Source of the DNA: Mustelus asterias
Taxonomy: Eukaryota
Assembly (NCBI RefSeq): GCF_964213995.1
Contig: NC_135812.1
Coordinates: 28,334,001-28,398,000, forward strand
Direction of reading: 5' to 3'
Length of the DNA stretch: 64,000 nucleotides
Position 1 is the first letter of the stretch; each line of letters opens with the position of its first letter. A program made the translations under genes and the position numbers. Of the stretch, positions 23,201 to 34,499 are shown piece by piece. Below the pieces are notes generated by a model, which saw only the letters and a program-made list of their open reading frames with translations, searched no databases and had not been told where the DNA came from.

Positions 23201-26200
23201 GATTATGTACTTCGCAGAAGAGCATTGCACAGTTTGAGACCCAAGCAAAAAAAAAGTGCAATTCAAGTATCATCAGAATAATGGAAGCTGAAGAGGTTAT
23301 ATTTGCACTAGCTGATAACAAAAGTAATGTCTTGCGTTGGCTGCATTTTGCAAGTGCCATATATTTGCATTAGCTTGATGTGACGACAGTAAAACTCATT
23401 AATCTGAACTCCCCATGTTTGTGCCCACACAAAATTGGGAGTCCAAAACAGTTTGCAAAATTGTTGTAGCATCTGAACTCAAAGACAATTATAGCCTTGT
23501 AGATATTTCTCTTTGAGCCATCGTGGTAAAAGTTATACTTTACCGTTGCCATTTTGCTGTATTTCCTTCAAAGATGGATACGGTTCTGAAATTGTTGAAA
23601 CGGAATCAGTCGCCCGTGGTTTACAATCATCTAGTAAAACACAGCAATGATTATAGTTATTTTACAGAAAGTTCACACAAAAAAATCAGTTAAGAACACA
23701 GACTGGTCAGAAACTTCAAGATTCCATACTACACAACTATAGCTATAATTTAGACAGTGGAAAAGCCAAGCTTTCAATCTCAGTTGTGCAGGTGGGAGAT
23801 AGGGTGGTATATCCAAAGGCAGATTTTAATTTGGCCTTGCAATTCATTGCCCATGGAAATTGCAAGCCCTACCTCACAAATGAAGGGAAATACGATACCT
23901 CTGTCTCACTTTGTTCTGATCTTAAACAAAGAATGTTTAAAGGATGAAAGGTGAAAGAAAGCTTTCCATTCACTACCTTGTTTTAACAATGCAGGCCATG
24001 GATAACAATTATCCTGGCACCTGCATTTCTGAAATTCCAGCCTGTAGACCTCCAATCCAATAGTTATTGCACATCATTCCTCCATCAAAGGAAAATTAAT
24101 TTCGAGCATTACAATCTACTCTTCAAACACAACGTGGGTTTAAAGCTTCCTTTGGAAATTTGGATATTTCTCTACAACCAATCAACTTAATTTCAGCTAG
24201 AATAAAACGAGCAAAACTGTTATTCATATTCAACAACTTTAATGCGCCACTAAGAACTATCCATACCTTTGTGTTTCTTGTAACATCCTACAGAGCAACT
24301 GAAAATAAACAAAACCAGAATTATAATTAAGTTGACAAAATACTTAAAATGTTACTAAGAGTATCACCAACATTCACTTTAAAAATTTAGCTGCTGGGTA
24401 CATTTCCAGTGCACTGTTCTTCATTTTAAAAAAAGAGACTAGGCACAAGGCTTGCATGGTAACCTTTTGACTGAGCAGCCACATAACTTGGCAGGAACAT
24501 TGGATATTACATGACAAGGTGTCAAAATTCAAGGCCATGTGATTAAAGGGACAGTGGCAATCACCAATTTTAAAAATGACCGAGGGACAGAAAGCACAAC
24601 TGTATTGGGCTCTGGTTGCTTATGGAATGCTCTCCTTAATTGGAGAGGTATAGAATACAAAAGGATATAATGTTGGAATTCTATCAAACACTGGTGAGGC
24701 CACAACTAGAGTATTCCATGCAGTTCTGGTCACCATATTACAGGAAGGACATAATTGCTTTGGAGAGTGTGCAGAGGAGGTTAACAAGAGTGTTGCAAGG
24801 GCTAAAAAAAAGTGTAGCTATGAGGAGAGATTGGATAGGTTGGGGTTCTTTTTCTTGGAACAAAGAAAGCTGAGGTAAAAGCAAATTACTGCAGGTGCTG
24901 GAATCTGAAACCAAAAGAAAAAGTGCAGAAAAATCTCAGCAGGCCTGGCAGCATCTGTAGGGAGAGAAAAGAGCTGATGTTTCGAGTCCAGCTGACCCTT
25001 TGTCAAAGCTAAAAGGCATAGAAAGTGGGAGATATTTATATTGCAGGGGAAGGGAATAAAAGATGAGTCATAGTCATAGAAACCAGGGCGAAAAAACTGC
25101 TAATAGCTGTCCAGAGAGAGAATAAAGGGTGTGAATGGCCAGACAGCAGAGAAGCTGTAAGCTGTGACACATGGGGATTCGGGGAGGGGGAGTAGACAGG
25201 GGTAGACAGTAGAAAAGGTAACGGGGGTGGGGGGGGCCTGAAGGAAAGGGGGTGGGGGGGGGCCCGAAGGAAAGGGGGTGGGAGGGGGGCCCGAAGGAAA
25301 GGGGGTGGGGCCCGAAGGAAAGGGGGTGGGGGGGGGGGCCCGAAGGAAAGGGGGTGGGGGGGGGGCCCGAAGGAAAGGGGGTGGGGGGGGGGGGCCCGAA
25401 GGAAAGGGGGGGGGGGGGCCCGAAGGAAAGGGGGGGGGGGGGCCGAAGGAAAGGGGGTGGGGGGGCCCGAAGGAAATAGGGGGGTGGGTGCCGAAGGAAA
25501 GGGGGTGGGGGGGCCCGAAGGAAAGTGGGGGGGCCCGAAGGAAAAAGGGAGGGACCCGAAGGAAAAATGAAGAAAGACCAGAAAGAAATAAAAGGTAGAG
25601 AACAGAAAAATTAAAATAGAATGAAAATAAAGGGGGCCGAGGTGGGGAAGAGCAAATCATCTGAAGTTGTTGAATTCGATGTTGAGGCCGGCGGATGAGA
25701 TGCTGTTCCTCCAGTTTGTGTTGAGCTTCACTAGAACAATGCAGCAAGTCAAGGACAAATTGTGGGCATGGGAGCAGGATTAAAAGCAGTGTTAAAATGG
25801 CAAGCAACCGGAAGGTCAGGGTCCTGATTGTGCACAGACCGAAGGTGCTCAGCAAAGCGATCACCCAGTCTACGCTTGGTCTCTCCGATATAGAGGAGAC
25901 CACATTGGGAGCAGCGAATACAATTCACCAAATTGGAAGAGGTGCGAGTGAAACACTGCTTAACCTGGAATGAGTGTTTTGGATCTTGGATGGTGGGCAT
26001 AGAAGAGGTAAAGGGACAGGTGTTACACCTTCTGCAATTGCATGGGGAGGTGGCATGAATGACAGGAGGTGTTGGAGGAGTGGACTAGGTTATCCCGGAG
26101 GGAACGGTTTCTGTGGAGTGCTGACAGAGAGAGTGATGGGAAGATGTGTTTGGGGGTGGCATCACGCTGGAGTTGGCGAAAATGGCAGAGGATTATGCTT

Positions 26201-28171
26201 TGCACGCGGAGGCTGGCGGGGTGAAATGTGAGAACAAGGGGGACTCTATCCTTGCTCTGGGAGAGGGGGGAGGGGTGAGGGCCGTGACGCGGAAGAAGGA
26301 CTGCACGCTGTTGAGGGTCCTGTCGATAACTGTAGATGGGAATCCACGGTTGAGGAAAAAGGAGCACATATTAGAAGCACCACTTTGGAAATTGGCATCA
26401 TCGGAACAAATCTGACGGAGACAAAGGAGCTGAGAAAAAGGGATGGAGTCCTTACAGGATGTGGGGTGTGAAGAGCTGTAGTCCGGACAGCTGTGGGAAT
26501 CAGTGGGCTTTTAATGGATATTGGTAGATAGCCTATTGCCAGAAATGCAGACAGAAAGGTCAAGGAAGGGAAGTGTTTGAGATGGACCAGGTGAAGGCGA
26601 TGGAGGGGTGGAAACTGGATGCAAAGTTGATGAATTTTGAGAGATCTGGACGAGAGCATGAAGCGGCACCAAAATAGTCATTGATGTACTGGTAAAGGAG
26701 TTGTCCCGGTCCCCTCCCACAAAGAAAGCTGAGGGGTGACTTGATAGAGCTGTACAAAATTATGAGGGCAAGGATAGAGTTGATAGGATAACACTGTTTC
26801 CCTTGGTGGCGAATTCTAGAACCAGGGGACATAGATTCAAAATAAGTGGCAGTAGGGGACATGATTAAGAACTTTCTTTATGGAAAGGGTGGTGGGTATC
26901 TGGAATTCATTGCTTGAATTGGTGGTGGAGGCAGAGAACCGAAACTCTTTTAAAAAGTACCTACTTCTGCACCTTAAGTGCTGTAAGCTACAGGGCTATG
27001 GGCCAGTGCAGCAAGATGGGATTAGAATGGGCACCCGAGTGTCCTCAGGCTGGCAGGGCAAGATGGACCAAATGGCCACCGTGTGTTCGAACTTTTCTAT
27101 GATTGTTCCTCAGACCAGAGAGAAGTAACCAGTGGCTAGTGTTGGGAGCTCTACACTCGATCAATATATGTTGATTACTTGGACTTGGGTATACAGGGCA
27201 TAAAGTCAGACTGTACAAAACTCAAATGGGATGGCGCAGTGGTTAGCACTGCTGCCTCAGTGCCAGGGATCCAGGTTCAATTCCCAGCTTGTGTCACTGT
27301 CTGTATGGAGTCTGCATGTTCTCCGTGTCTGCGTGGGTTTCCTCCGGGTGCTCTGATTTCCTCCCACAGTCCAGAAGGCGTGCTGGTTAGGCACATTGGC
27401 CATGCTAAATTCTCCCTCAATGTACCCGAACAAGCACTGGAGTGTGGCGACAAGGGGATTTTCACAGTAACTTCATTGCAGTGTTAATGTAATCCTACTT
27501 GTGACAATAATAAACTTCAATTTAATTATTCAATAGGGAGAAGAATAGTAACAGACTTCAGGAGGTCATAAACAGCCAAGCGAATGAATTAGAACAAACT
27601 TTATAAGTGTAGAAGGTTCAATTAACCATAAACACCACAGAAAGAAGGTTATTAGCAAAAGGTACCAAGGATTTTTACAAAAAGGTGCACCAATTTATAA
27701 TGATCTGTCTGAAAGGCTGCTGGGAACAGACTGATTAGAAACTTTCCAAAGGGGAGTGATGAATATTTACCCCAGCTGCAGAATGTGCTCCAGTAATTGG
27801 ACTCAACCCAGCGCTGGGGCTCAGAGTGAGACACTGACTGACACCTGGGTCAGTAACTCGGCTCTTCAACCGGGAGGGTCTCACAGCGGAGCCAGGCCCC
27901 GGCCAGAGCCCCCCGCGGCCCCGGCCAGAGCCCCCCCCCCCCTCCTCCCTCCTTCCCCCGCCACGATCCAGGTCAGGCGGGCGGGTTGGAAGCGGGGCCC
28001 GGTTACCAGGCCCGAGCTCCCGTCTCTGTGAGCAGCGGGCCTAAGCTGGGCCGGTGCGGCCGCGGATTCGAGTTGTAACCGATTGGGGCCGGGTTGTACT
28101 CACTAGCGCAGCTCACAGCGCGGACACCGGTATTTGGGCGGCTGCTCCCCGCACACGCGGCACATCCTCAT
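20073..28171 (-). CDS. ZNHIT3: Zinc finger HIT domain protein 3 (box C/D snoRNP assembly factor), 153 aa; complement join(28171-28104,24298-24267,23630-23544,22867-22787,20266-20073)
   Basis: Exons of 68+32+87+81+194 = 462 bp form one frame: [33 protein letters not shown] (zf-HIT) ... DEESDRVPLEKLRLLAESNELKNLLCNPHLKQLL ... MQEPIFVEFADQCLQIVEP. All introns are GT-AG. Confidence 0.97.
20595..22282 (+). mobile_element. CR1 LINE 3' part (same family as 16340-19195), interrupted by a SINE
   Basis: RT ORFs 20582..21313 and 21685..22227; 3' end matches 16340-16400 in reverse. Confidence 0.95.
21309..21645 (-). mobile_element. HE1-like SINE nested in CR1 (TSD GCATAT)
   Basis: Full head, core and tail; GCATAT at 21303-21308 and 21676-21681. 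Confidence 0.92.
22787..22867 (-). CDS. ZNHIT3: ZNHIT3 exon 4 (HHSTDDIFDDDDEESDRVPLEKLRLL)
   Basis: aacag|GA ... G|gtatgc; acidic stretch followed by DRV motif. Confidence 0.93.
23544..23630 (-). CDS. ZNHIT3: ZNHIT3 exon 3 (DCKPRATDSV...QQNGN)
   Basis: ttactag|AT ... G|gtaaag; phase 1-1; 87 bp open. Confidence 0.85.
24267..24298 (-). CDS. ZNHIT3: ZNHIT3 exon 2 ([10 protein letters not shown])
   Basis: 32 bp, ttttcag|T ... G|gtatgg. Confidence 0.93.
24972..25010 (-). ncRNA. Minimal hammerhead motif, U3-A8 core variant
   Basis: AGCU-UUGACAA-A-GGGUC agcug GACUC-GAAA-CA-UC-AGCU at the 3' end of the Penelope element. Confidence 0.65.
25225..25565. repeat. G-rich minisatellite (GGGGGGCCCGAAGGAAAGGGGGT)n inside the Penelope 3' region
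   Basis: About a dozen units with variable G-run length. Confidence 0.9.
27228..27520 (+). mobile_element. V-SINE, alternative tail
   Basis: As 8505-8803. Confidence 0.85.
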
Positions 28172-28400
28172 CCAGCCTGAGAGCGGCTCCCGGACCAGAG
28201 ACTCCGCCCCCATTTCCCCAGGCCCCGCCCCCATTTCCCCAGGCCCCGCCCCATCTCCTCAGGTCCCGCCCCCATCTCGCGGGCCACGCCCCATCTCCCC
28301 AGGCCCCGCCCCCACCTCCCCAGGCCCCGCCCCATCTCACCAGCCCCTGGCCCCGCCCCATTTCCCCCACCCATAACCCCTTCCCGGGGCCGCCCCCCAA
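27870..28400 (-). promoter_or_regulatory. ZNHIT3 CpG-island promoter with tandem GC boxes
   Basis: CpG-rich region around exon 1; repeated CCCCGCCCC (Sp/KLF-type) in about 21-bp units at 28200-28400. Confidence 0.75.
28104..28171 (-). CDS. ZNHIT3: ZNHIT3 coding exon 1 (alternative ATG at 28165)
   Basis: CxxC..KYRCPxC in a CpG island; TA|gtgagt donor. Confidence 0.93.
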
Positions 28401-28645
28401 TTCTTACAACTCCGCCCCTACTCCCAATAGCCCCACCCCCCATTGCCCCACTCCCCTTAACCCCACTTCCACTCCCCATAGCCCCACTCCCTTTACTCCC
28501 ATTCCCCCACCCCTCTTACCCCCACTCCCCTTACTCCCATTCCCCATAGCCCCACTCCCCCTACCCCTCTTACCCCCACTCCCCTTACTCCCATTCCCCA
28601 TAGACCCGCTCCTCTTTCTCCCACTTCCCATAGCCCCCACCCCAT
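28400..28645. repeat. C-rich minisatellite (cccactcccc/ttactcccattccccatagc-like units)
   Basis: Imperfect tandem units visible directly. Confidence 0.75.
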
Positions 28646-28969
28646 AAAAAAGTTATCGATCCTTGTGTTAAAGAGAAAAAATACATTTATTGCACGAAAT
28701 TTAAAGAGTCAATTAAACGAAATGTCATAGTGCAGCTGCTAAAGTAAAATGTTTATTTAAATGTTACATGGTATCAAAGTTTTGTGTTTATAACGTTATT
28801 TTTGTTCATATATGTTTTCCATTAAACTTTACAAAATCCTACTAATGCTTTACTGAAACATCACAACACAACATTTAAATATGAAATTCCACAAATGCTT
28901 TATTTAAACATCAAAACACAACAGTTAAATATGAGACAATTATAATTGAAGTAAACAAGGCAGATATAA

Positions 28970-29102
28970 ACACAGGTGGTTTAGATTTTTCACGGCCTAA
29001 AATGTGAACTTTCCTTTGTTCAGCCTCATGCAATAAGGTATCCAAATCATGGTCCGAGAAGTTCTGACTTCTCTTCTTCCCAGTTACATTTTCAATTTCC
29101 AT
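28970..29102 (-). pseudogene. Fragment of a Myb/SANT-like DNA-binding ORF (Harbinger ORF1/MSANTD-like)
   Basis: MEIENVTGKKRSQNFSDHDLDTLLHEAEQRKVHILGREKSKPP fits the KR..NFS...L..LL.......L.G pattern; similarity is lost afterwards. Confidence 0.45.
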
Positions 29103-29579
29103 ATTCTTAATTAAAACTTGCCAACACTTATAAGCATGCCACACATAAAGTTATTCAATAATATAATGCAGATTTTAATGGTAGTTTCATAGATTTGAAA
29201 GAAATAACAAAACCTATGTTCATTTATCCATGTTAAATAATACTCATCTTCAATCATAAAAATAAAAGTGAAATTGCATTTTTTTTAAATGAAAGAGAAT
29301 TCAACATACCTTTATTATAGTAGGAAATCCTTTTGATCACTTTGCCTTCACTTTAAAACAGCTATGTCAAAGCTAGCCCCATTCCCAAACTGACTCTTAT
29401 CATAAGGTGGGGGGCATGGCTAGCATCATACCGCGCCGTGCTGGGGCCTACGGAGATTGTCCTGCTGAGGGCTCAAGGCCGTTGCTCCCATCGGAATTTG
29501 GTTGCGATTTTTCATCGCAGGTAGGTTCGCAATGAATTGAATTATTTTTGGTGGCCCATGGCTTTCCGCCACTATTTGG

Positions 29580-30390
29580 AAGTTATGAGCCATTATGATT
29601 TCCTCATTAATGAATTTCAGCATTTTCTCAATTGGCCTGTTTTTCTCTCCTCCTATCTTGAACAGTGATGTTACATCTTCTAACTTCCAATCCACTGGGA
29701 CTATATCTCGGGAATTCTGATGATCATAAGATTGCATCCACTGTCTCTACAGCTGCATCTTTTAGAATCTTTGGATTTAGGTCATCAGGGAATTGACAGC
29801 TTTTAGTCCAATTAATCTTACCAGTACTTTTTCTTTTTTTAACATTAACTACTTTAAGCTAATTAATTCCATTATATCCTTGTTCCCTGGTATATATTTT
29901 TTGTCTTCTACACTGACGATAAGCACAAAATTTGTTTAAAGTCTCTTTGTCCCCAGGATAATTTCTCTGAATGTCTAATGAGCCAATGTTTACTTTCACT
30001 ATGTTCTTAATTTTTACAGATTTTTAGAAGCTCTTTTTTGATACTTCTTGCTGGTTTACTCATATCTTATTTTCTTCCTCTTTGTCAATTTTTGGTCACC
30101 AGTTGCTGGTTTCCAAAAGAACTATCCCAATCCTCAGCCTTACAACTCTTTTTAGCATATTATAAATCTCCTTTTAAAAATCTAAAACTAACCTTAACTT
30201 CTTCAGTTAGCCACTATTGGATTGCTTTTCTTGTGGAGTATTTATTTCTTGGTAGAATGCATATTGTTGAGAATATGAAATGTGTATTTTAATGCTTACC
30301 ACTGCTTTCCTAACAACATACCTTTTAATTTAATTTCTCAATCCACATTAGCCAACTCACACCTATGCAATTAGCTTTATTCAGTAATCT
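29580..30390 (-). mobile_element. Old CR1 fragment
   Basis: IVPVDWKLEDVTSLFKIG remnant; heavily decayed. Confidence 0.6.
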
Positions 30391-30777
30391 AATCTTGGAT
30401 TTAAAGGAATCATAAAAATGGATTGCTGTATATTACTCTTAAACTAGAGGAGGTCTCGTGGTACAGTGGTGGTGTTCTTACCTCTGGGCCAGAGGCTCTG
30501 CGTTCAAGTTTCATGCAATGATTTGTTGACCATGAAAGCAGCATTCATGGTGTAGTTCAATGGATTGATTAGCTAGGAATCCTTCCATCACCTCCCCACT
30601 ATTCCCCAAAAGGAAACAAGTACGTGTTGAAGCAACGCTTAAAAAAACCCTTTAACTCAACATGAAATTCATATTATGGCCACTCTTGCTGAGAAGATTC
30701 ATTACTATGAAGTTACTTTTGAACTCTGTCTCATCAGTACACATGGCAAGATCTGCTTATGTCCAACCATACTGTGT

Positions 30778-31087
30778 GGCATGGTGGCACAGTGGTTAAC
30801 ACTGCTGCCTCACAGCACCAGGGACCCGGGTTTGATTCCAGCCTTGATTGACTGTCTGTGTGGAGTTTGCACGTTCTCCCTGTGTCTGCATGGGTTTTCT
30901 CTGGGTGCTCCCGTTTCCTCCCACAGTCCAAAGATGTGTTGGTTAGGTTGATTGGCCATGCTAAATTGCCCCTTAGTGTCATGGGGATTAGCAGGGTAAA
31001 AATGTGGGACTACTGGATGGGATTATTGCTGGTGCAGGCTTAATGAGCTGAATGGCCTTCTTCTACACTGTATGGATTTTATTTCCT
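30778..31087 (+). mobile_element. HE1-like SINE
   Basis: Head, core and tail as in the other copies. Confidence 0.88.
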
Positions 31088-31254
31088 ATTCTTCTTACCC
31101 TTATGTCATCCTTTATTATCAGGGCTACCCAATCTCCTTTTCCATTTTATCTGTCTTTCCAAAATGTCATGTAACCTGGACTAAAAACAGAAAGTGCTGG
31201 AAATACTCAGTTGGTCTGAGCAGCATCTGTGGGGAGAGAAAAAGAGTTAATCAT

Positions 31255-31430
31255 GGGCAGATTTTCTTCCCCCTGGGGCGTATTTCGCGGCGGCGGGAGG
31301 TGGCACGTGCTTGCTGGTGGCGGGACCTCATGGTCCTGCTATTATCAGTGGGGTTTCCCATTGAACACACCCCTCGCCACCGGGAAACCCCTAGCAGGGG
31401 TGCACCGTCAAGGGCCCAGAAAATCCTGCC
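31255..31430. mobile_element. Small MITE
   Basis: TIR-like GGCAGATTTTC and GAAAATCCTGCC; related fragments near 59300-59350 and 59655-59840. Confidence 0.5.
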
Positions 31431-31679
31431 AATATCAACAGCAGCAAAAATGTGACTATTGAGTCGAATATTCTTCTTCTTCAGAACGTGTCCTGGTATC
31501 TGTGCCTCATGAATGAAAATGCTGCTCTCCCTCCCCATTCTCCGAGCCATGTATTCAACTCTTTAATCTATTTAACCCTATGCTAGTTGGCAGGTGGCTA
31601 AAGTTGTAACCCAAGTTCTGCTTATTAATTTGGGTCCCAGCTCCTCAAAATTCTTCAGCAGAAATTCATTGCTCATGAA

Positions 31680-32005
31680 TCATAGCATTCCTATAGTGCA
31701 GAAGAAGGCCATTTGGCCCATTGAGTCTGCACCAACAATAATCCCACCCAGGCCCCATCCCTGTAACCCCACATATTTATCCTACTAACCCCCCCTGAGT
31801 CTAAGGGGCAATTCAGCACGGCCAATCAACCTAACCTGCACATTTTTGGACAGTGGGAGGAAACCGGAGCACATGGGAGAATATGCAAACTCCGCACAGA
31901 CAGTGACCCAAGCTGGGAATCGAACCCGGGTCCCGGCACTGTGAGGCAGCAATGCTAACCACTGTGCCACTGTGCCGCCCATACCAGTGTGCCACCGTGC
32001 TGCCC
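31680..32005 (-). mobile_element. HE1-like SINE with a short duplicated head
   Basis: Head, core and tail; second TGTGCCACCGTGCTGCC at about 31988-32004. Confidence 0.85.
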
Positions 32006-33500
32006 GTGCTTCCTATGTTGTTGGTTCTTGCATGGACCATGACAATTGGATCACCCCTTACCCACTTTTCAGTTATTATCCAACTGTGAGGACATGTCCT
32101 TAATCCTGGCACTGGGCAGTCAACGCAACTTTTGGAATTCCCAATCATGATTGCAGAAAACAGTATCTATCCCCTGACTATTCTGTTCCTTTACACTCCC
32201 CTCATTGAGGAGGGGAGATTGAGGAGACTGACCCTATATTCTTGAGAGTTTAGAAGAAGGGGCTGGGCCTGAACACACCGGTAACATCAGCTGCTCTGAG
32301 ATGGGGAGGGGATTTTTTTAAAGGATGCTCCAAATTAGATCACATTTATAACCTATCCCCACCCCACCAAGGAGATCTTAGGGGCTCCCCCTTGCCCCTC
32401 TCTGATCAATGCCGTATCTCTCTCCCCCCCTCATCAACACTGGAGTCTCTCCCCCCCCACTCATCAATGGCAGCATCTCTCTCCCCCCCGCCACCTCATC
32501 AACACTGGCAGCTCCCTCCCCCACTCTCCCCCCCACCCCCAGCCTTTCCCCTCCCCATCGACAACAGGATCTCTCTCTCCTCCCACCAATGCTGGCATCT
32601 CCACCCCACCCCCCTCCATAAACAGTGGCATCTCTCTCTTCCCCCATCAGGGCTGACATCTCTCTCCCGCTCCCACCAACGCTGGTCTTAGAGCTGCTCT
32701 TCTCTCCCTCAAACCAAATGCAAAATTTAATCATATTATGATCACTGCTGCCTAGGACTGCCTTCACTGAGAGGTCATTAATTAATCCTATCTCGTTTCA
32801 CAACACCAGGTCTAATATAGCCTGCTCTCTGGTTGGCTCCAGAACATGCTGTTCTAAGAAATTATCCCAAAAACATTCTATGAATTCCTCATCTCTGTCA
32901 GGTTTCCAATCTATATCATCCTGCAGCCATGTCTCTGTGACAGTCATTAGATCGTACTTATTTATCTCAATTTGCAATCTATTTTACTTTGGATGCTACA
33001 GATACAGAGCCTTAAGTGTTGTTATTTTATTATTTTTGTAACATCTAGCCTTATCTGCTGATTTACTCTTAGATTTGTACTCTCTGTCCCTTACTGTCAC
33101 GGTATGTTTATCATTTCTCATATTAATATCTTTCTGTCTTGCCCTGTTCAATGTATCACATTCTCCCAGTTTTGATCATTTGTCTCACTGTTTAGTTTTA
33201 AACCCTCTCAACTTCCTTAGACATGCAGTTCTCTTGAACATAGGTCTCAGCATGGTTCAGGTGTGGACTGTCTCAGTGGTATTGCCCCCATTTTCCCAGT
33301 ACTGGTATCAGTGCTCCATGAACCAGAAACCACTTCTCCCACACCAATCTTTGAACCATGCATTCATCCCTCTAATCTTATTTGCCCTATGCCAATTTGC
33401 ATGTGGCTCAGTTAATAATCCAGAGATTATTACCTTTGAGGGTCTGCTTCTTAATTTGGTTCCTATCTCCTCATACTGATTATGCAGAACCACTTTCCTT
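32000..33500 (-). mobile_element. Old CR1 fragments including the ORF1 esterase-like domain and ORF2 start, with a C-rich insert at 32385-32680
   Basis: KVIISGLL..NAWFKDWCGRSGFWFMEH, VHARTNNIG and LGSSDHNMIKF remnants. Confidence 0.7.
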
Positions 33501-33755
33501 TCACGTAGAGGATTTCCTCTCTCAATTACAGCTCAGCTAACACAAAGACTTGCAGAGATAAAAATTCTGATAAAAAACATTTCTTTATTTTCCAAGCTTA
33601 GTCAACGTAAGAAGAAGAGAGATTTGGGACAGTTCAAATTCTACTCTGAAATTACATCATTCTCAGTAGGACAATTATACAATTTTCGAAAGTCATTTGC
33701 CCACCCCTTGCTCACCCCAGCTGGGTATGAGTCAATTATTATTAGTATAGATTAC

Positions 33756-33988
33756 TGTGGTAAACCACTGTTATCTTATTACCTGTATATGTGACATGCC
33801 TGGACACATCCCTGCCAGCCCTACCCGAGACTCCTCCCCCCCCGGTCCAGATATAAAGGCGACTGCTCCCCACCCCCCTGCCTCAGTCTGGACCAGTTCA
33901 TCAGCATGGATGTGTCCAAGTCTTTTGCTAATAAAAGCCTATTTGTTCTTGCATACAAACTAGTCTTTGCTCGATTGATGGTGCATCA
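33756..33988 (+). mobile_element. Solo LTR (233 bp) with a 5-bp TSD
   Basis: TG...CA ends; ATTAC at 33751-33755 and 33989-33993; TATAAA at 33852-33857 and AATAAA at 33930-33935. Confidence 0.85.
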
Positions 33989-34499
33989 ATTACTTACCTT
34001 GGCCAATAACACTTACCCTCTGACAGTATGGGACTACGTGATCAGTTCGTGGACTTTGAAAGTCTTTTTCACAGTCACCTGACACTTTCCAGACCCTCTT
34101 ACCTGGTGCAATGTATATCCTATTCATTAGAACTGTCTGGAAGCCCTGGTGTGTCCTTGGTTAGTGAATATTCTATTCATTAGGACTGACTAGAGACACT
34201 GATAAGAGTTGCTCTTCCCTTCACTTAGTAGCTGCATTGTTCGGAGGAATGTGGTTCTTTTTACTTGGCTACGTCCCATCATGCCTGAGAGTGTTGTGTC
34301 ATTAGCCAATGTATATGGTTTTAGTACAGAATATGATTTCAAAAATACATGTCTAAATTCTCTAACAGTAGTTATAGGTGCCCCAATGCAAACAGTATTT
34401 TTCGGGCACTTTGTAACTTCTCTATACTCTATTCACTCTGATCTAATCTACCCTGGTACAAAGTGTCCAAGTATTTCTCACACTCCTTGCTAGTCTTTA

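Larger units (their letters stand above)
24876..26718 (-). mobile_element. 5'-truncated Penelope-like retroelement (RT C-terminus, GIY-YIG endonuclease, 3' terminus) inserted in a CR1 fragment
   Basis: ORF 25749..26000 contains SSNLVNCIRCSQCGLLYIGETKRRLGDRFAEH (GIY-YIG); RT remnants YINDYFG and LPFLDLSV; 16-bp TSD ACAAAGAAAGCTGAGG at 24860-24875 and 26719-26734. Confidence 0.9.

Noticed and set aside
23163-23552. Short ORFs in the ZNHIT3 region
   Set aside because: They are intronic or in the wrong frame; the true exons are defined by splice sites and homologous motifs.
25100-25903. 267-aa Pro-rich ORF and CRISPR-like periodicity
   Set aside because: A minisatellite in a Penelope 3' region. 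The spacers are only G-runs, not unique sequences, there are no cas genes, and the context is eukaryotic.
28054-28647. 197-aa Pro-rich ORF on the plus strand
   Set aside because: Antisense reading of ZNHIT3 exon 1 and its repetitive promoter.
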